A DNA stretch of 32,000 nucleotides from Candidatus Methylomirabilis oxygeniifera (GTDB taxonomy: Bacteria; Methylomirabilota; Methylomirabilia; Methylomirabilales; Methylomirabilaceae): the NCBI GenBank assembly GCA_000091165.1, contig FP565575.1, positions 1,560,001 to 1,592,000 of the forward strand. The letters are read 5' to 3'. Positions 29,393-32,000 of this stretch are shown here, one piece after another. The stretch's first letter is position 1; each line of letters opens with the position of its first letter. The position numbers and the translations under genes are program-made. The notes beneath the pieces were generated by a model, which was not told the DNA's origin, did no database searches, and was given only the letters and a program-made list of their open reading frames with translations.

Positions 29393-29418
29393 ATACCAAC
29401 CACTGGGAGATGTAGCAG

Positions 29419-31638
29419 ATGCAACGGCGATCACGAGTTCGCGTTACTGCCATCCGGTCCATTCTCCTGTTAATGGCCATCTCGCTGGGAGTTCTCGGCG
29501 GCCTGTTTGTGACGTACCTCCGTGACCTCCCGACACTTGAGGCGCTTGAAGAATATCAGCCCAGCCTCGTGACCACGCTCTATTCGGATCACGATGAACC
29601 TTTTGCGACCCTTTTCGAGCAAAAACGGTTCTGGATTCCGCTGGATACAATTCCCCGCCATCTGATCAATGGAGTGATCGCCGTCGAGGATGCTCAGTTC
29701 TATCAGCATCGCGGGATCAATTTCCGAGGTATCGCCCGAGCGCTGCTGGTGAATCTCCGGGCTCTGCGCCCCGCCGAGGGTGGAAGCTCTATCACGCAAC
29801 AACTGGCGAAGCTACTGCTTCTGACGCCGGAGAAACACCTTTCCAGGAAGATTAAGGAGGCCGTCCTGGCGATCGAAATCGAGAAGCGATATTCCAAAGA
29901 GAAGATCCTTGAACTGTATCTCAATCAGGTCTATTTCGGACATGGCGCCTATGGTGTGGAGTCCGCTGCCCACACCTACTTCAAGAAGCCGGTAGATCAG
30001 CTCAATCTCGCCGAGGCCGCAACCCTCGCCGGACTGCCGCGGGCGCCAAACTACTACTCTCCCATCGCCGATAAAGAGCGGGCGATACGCCGCCGCAACC
30101 ATGTGCTGACCCGGATGGCCGAGGAAGGGTTCATCACCAAACAGCAGGCCGCTTCCGCCCTAGCCGTCACCTTCAATGAATTCCCGTTCGAGAAAACTCG
30201 AAACCTTGGCCCCTACTTCGTGGAGTATATCCGCCAGCAACTGGAAGAGAGATATGGTACGTACGCTGTCTACCATGGCGGCCTGAAGGTCTACACCACA
30301 CTGAATGTCGGCGCGCAGCGGAGCGCAGAGACGGCACTGCTCGAAGGTCTCCGGGAGATCGACAAGGCCAGAGGCTTTCGCGCTCCTCGCATCCGATCCT
30401 CGTCCGCCGCAGTCACCCGCAAAGGCGCCCTCTCCTACCTGATTCCAAAGGCTGGCGAGACCCTCAGCGCCACCGTCACCAAAATACTGCCGAAGGCGGT
30501 CACGGTCCAGGTAGGCGGGTATCAGGGCGATATTGCGCTTGACAAAGTGCCCTGGCTGGACAGTTCGCAACCGCGCCAACAGCTTCAGCCCGGTATGGAG
30601 CTAAAGGTTCAAGTGTTGCGTGTCAACACACGAACAAAGATGCTCGATCTCAGCCTCGAACAAGACCCTGAGATTGAGGGCGCCTTCCTCGCCATCGACC
30701 CCGGGGATGGCGGCATCAAGGCGATGATCGGCGGGTACGACTTCGAACGATCGAAATTCAACCGTGCGGTCCAGGCCAGGCGACAGCCAGGATCGGCCTT
30801 CAAACCGTTTGTCTACGCGGCAGCATTTGATCGCGGGCTTACCCCTTCTACGATCATCAATGACGCGCCCGTCAGCTACCCGATCCTTGCGGACGGCAAA
30901 CGGATCGAGTGGAGTCCAGATAACTACGACCGCAAGTTTCGAGGCCCAACCACATTACGATACGGGTTGGAACACTCCATCAACGTCGTCGCGGTGAAGC
31001 TTATCGAGCGGATCGGCGTCGATTCGGTTATCGAGTTGGCCCGTAACCTTGGGATCGAGAGCACCCTCCGTCGGGAATATGCCCTGGCCCTCGGCGTCTC
31101 GGAGGTCACATTGTCGGAGCTGGTCTCAGCCTTCGGCGTCTTTGCACATTCAGGGATCCGATTTTTGCCCTACGGCATCAGAAAGGTGACGGACAACAAG
31201 GGGGCGCTCCTGGAAGAGTACATCCCGGTCGGTCAGCAGACGATGAGGGAAGAGACGGCGTTTACCGTAACCAGCGTCTTAGCTGGTGTTGTGGAGCGGG
31301 GGACCGGGTCGCGAGCGCGCGTTCTGGGAAGACCTGTCGCGGGTAAAACGGGAACGACTCAGGCGGCGACTGATGCCTGGTTTATCGGGTATACCCCTCA
31401 CCTCGTCGCAGGGGTCTGGGTCGGCTACGATACCAAGCGATCACTCGGGCCACACGAATCGGCCGCTACCCTCGCCGTACCCATCTGGACCCGCTTCATG
31501 CAACGAGCTGTTCAGGACACTCCAACAGAAGAGTTCCCAGTACCGGCAAACGCGGCACCGGCGTTGGTCAACTATGTCTCGGGACGTCCCACCACCTCTG
31601 ACGATAAAGATGCCATCAAGGAGTTTGTCTTCAGGTAG
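29419..31638 (+). CDS. mrcA: Class A penicillin-binding protein (PBP1A; glycosyltransferase + transpeptidase)
   Basis: 739 aa, with GGGAGA upstream of the ATG and an N-terminal TM segment. Glycosyltransferase motifs: AVEDAQFYQHRGI, GGSSITQQLAK, RKIKEAVLAIEIEKRYSKEKILELYLN. Transpeptidase motifs: GSAFKPFVY (SxxK), SIN (SxN), KTGTT (KTG). Confidence 0.92.
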   Translation: MQRRSRVRVTAIRSILLLMAISLGVLGGLFVTYLRDLPTLEALEEYQPSLVTTLYSDHDEPFATLFEQKRFWIPLDTIPRHLINGVIAVEDAQFYQHRGINFRGIARALLVNLRALRPAEGGSSITQQLAKLLLLTPEKHLSRKIKEAVLAIEIEKRYSKEKILELYLNQVYFGHGAYGVESAAHTYFKKPVDQLNLAEAATLAGLPRAPNYYSPIADKERAIRRRNHVLTRMAEEGFITKQQAASALAVTFNEFPFEKTRNLGPYFVEYIRQQLEERYGTYAVYHGGLKVYTTLNVGAQRSAETALLEGLREIDKARGFRAPRIRSSSAAVTRKGALSYLIPKAGETLSATVTKILPKAVTVQVGGYQGDIALDKVPWLDSSQPRQQLQPGMELKVQVLRVNTRTKMLDLSLEQDPEIEGAFLAIDPGDGGIKAMIGGYDFERSKFNRAVQARRQPGSAFKPFVYAAAFDRGLTPSTIINDAPVSYPILADGKRIEWSPDNYDRKFRGPTTLRYGLEHSINVVAVKLIERIGVDSVIELARNLGIESTLRREYALALGVSEVTLSELVSAFGVFAHSGIRFLPYGIRKVTDNKGALLEEYIPVGQQTMREETAFTVTSVLAGVVERGTGSRARVLGRPVAGKTGTTQAATDAWFIGYTPHLVAGVWVGYDTKRSLGPHESAATLAVPIWTRFMQRAVQDTPTEEFPVPANAAPALVNYVSGRPTTSDDKDAIKEFVFR

Positions 31639-31650
31639 CACCCTTTTGGA

Positions 31651-31750
31651 AGCTGTCAGCTTTCAGCCGTCAGCACCGAGCGTAAAAGGCTGAAGGTGGA
31701 TAGCCTGAAGGCTGAAGGAAGTAGGGAACTATACCTAAAAGCCTTCAGTC
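31651..31750. repeat. Composite heptamer repeat element downstream of the PBP gene
   Basis: The sequence reads gctgtca gctttca gccgtca gcaccga gcg ... ggctgaaggtggatagcctgaaggctgaagg ... tatacctaaaag ccttcagtc. It combines both TCAGC-type variants and the conserved CCTAAAAG loop motif. Confidence 0.75.
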
Positions 31751-31779
31751 TAAACTCCTGATGGTTATCTTCTGTGGAG

Positions 31780-32000
31780 CTAACTCGGCCAACCGATATA
31801 TTGCCCATCCTCCCACAGTTCGACCATCCTGTTCACGATGGTCAGTCGATCTTCAAATCGTTCACTTTGTGAAAGGGCGTGATCTAATGGACCGTGATCC
31901 TGAAGGTGAGGACGGGGGAGTTCGCTGAGACTGACGTAACTCTCACGAAGCCTCGCTAGCGCTGTCTTGTTACAACGAAGCAGGTTCGAGGTGGGGACGA
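31780..32000 (-). CDS. 3' end of an unidentified ORF that enters from the right edge
   Basis: Not in the ORF track. Hand translation is open from the window edge: ..VPTSNLLRCNKTALARLRESYVSLSELPRPHLQDHGPLDHALSQSERFEDRLTIVNRMVELWEDGQYIGWPS*, with TAG at 31780-31782. I do not recognise the family. Confidence 0.3.
   Translation of the reverse strand, partial: VPTSNLLRCNKTALARLRESYVSLSELPRPHLQDHGPLDHALSQSERFEDRLTIVNRMVELWEDGQYIGWPS

Overview
This is a 32-kb, moderately GC-rich bacterial chromosome segment; all but two genes are on the minus strand. In the direction of transcription (high to low coordinates) it contains the following. (1) A class A penicillin-binding protein gene on the plus strand (29419-31638), divergent from tyrS. 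(2) A complete rRNA operon: tandem promoters, boxB/boxA, 16S, tRNA-Ile, tRNA-Ala, boxA, 23S, a ComEA-like ORF, 5S and a terminator. (3) Amidase, GerMN, rph and rdgB. (4) A six-gene tRNA cluster: Pro, Arg-CCG, His, Arg-TCG, Arg-TCT, Lys. (5) A 1028-aa hybrid sensor kinase, convergent with a small kinase-like ORF on the plus strand. (6) A chemotaxis/motor gene string of about 13.4 kb that runs off the left edge: cheY-cheA-mcp-cheW-cheR-cheD-cheB, then REC/STAS-like, motA, motB, a cheZ-like gene, a 108-aa ORF, HDOD and REC-GGDEF. The two edge-truncated ORFs (1..902 and 31780..32000, both minus) are absent from the supplied ORF track; I translated them by hand. Three strings in the 16S match what I remember as NC10 ('Candidatus Methylomirabilis') specific primer sites. 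That is recollection, not a search. I saw no CRISPR array, transposase, integrase or recognisable defence gene. Points worth a second look: (a) a signal-peptide ComEA-like gene sits inside the 23S-5S spacer; (b) a family of 7-nt-phased TCAGC/GCTGAAG repeats occupies nearly every intergenic gap, forms hairpins (one with a perfect 15-bp stem) and even encodes a protein tail; (c) a second heptamer family (TNNAGGG) gives G-quadruplex-capable tracts just after two tRNAs; (d) motB is split by a 1-nt frameshift in a C5 run; (e) the chemoreceptor has a CxxCH heme-c type periplasmic sensor and an xFxxF C-terminal tail; (f) a 39-nt relic of an mcp 3' end lies between cheA and mcp; (g) an unusual REC/pseudo-REC/Cys-rich/STAS-like protein heads the motAB sub-operon, behind a near-consensus sigma-54 promoter with an upstream palindrome; (h) one small histidine-kinase-like ORF has a degenerate ATP-binding domain. 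All coordinates and motif matches were counted by eye and need computational confirmation.
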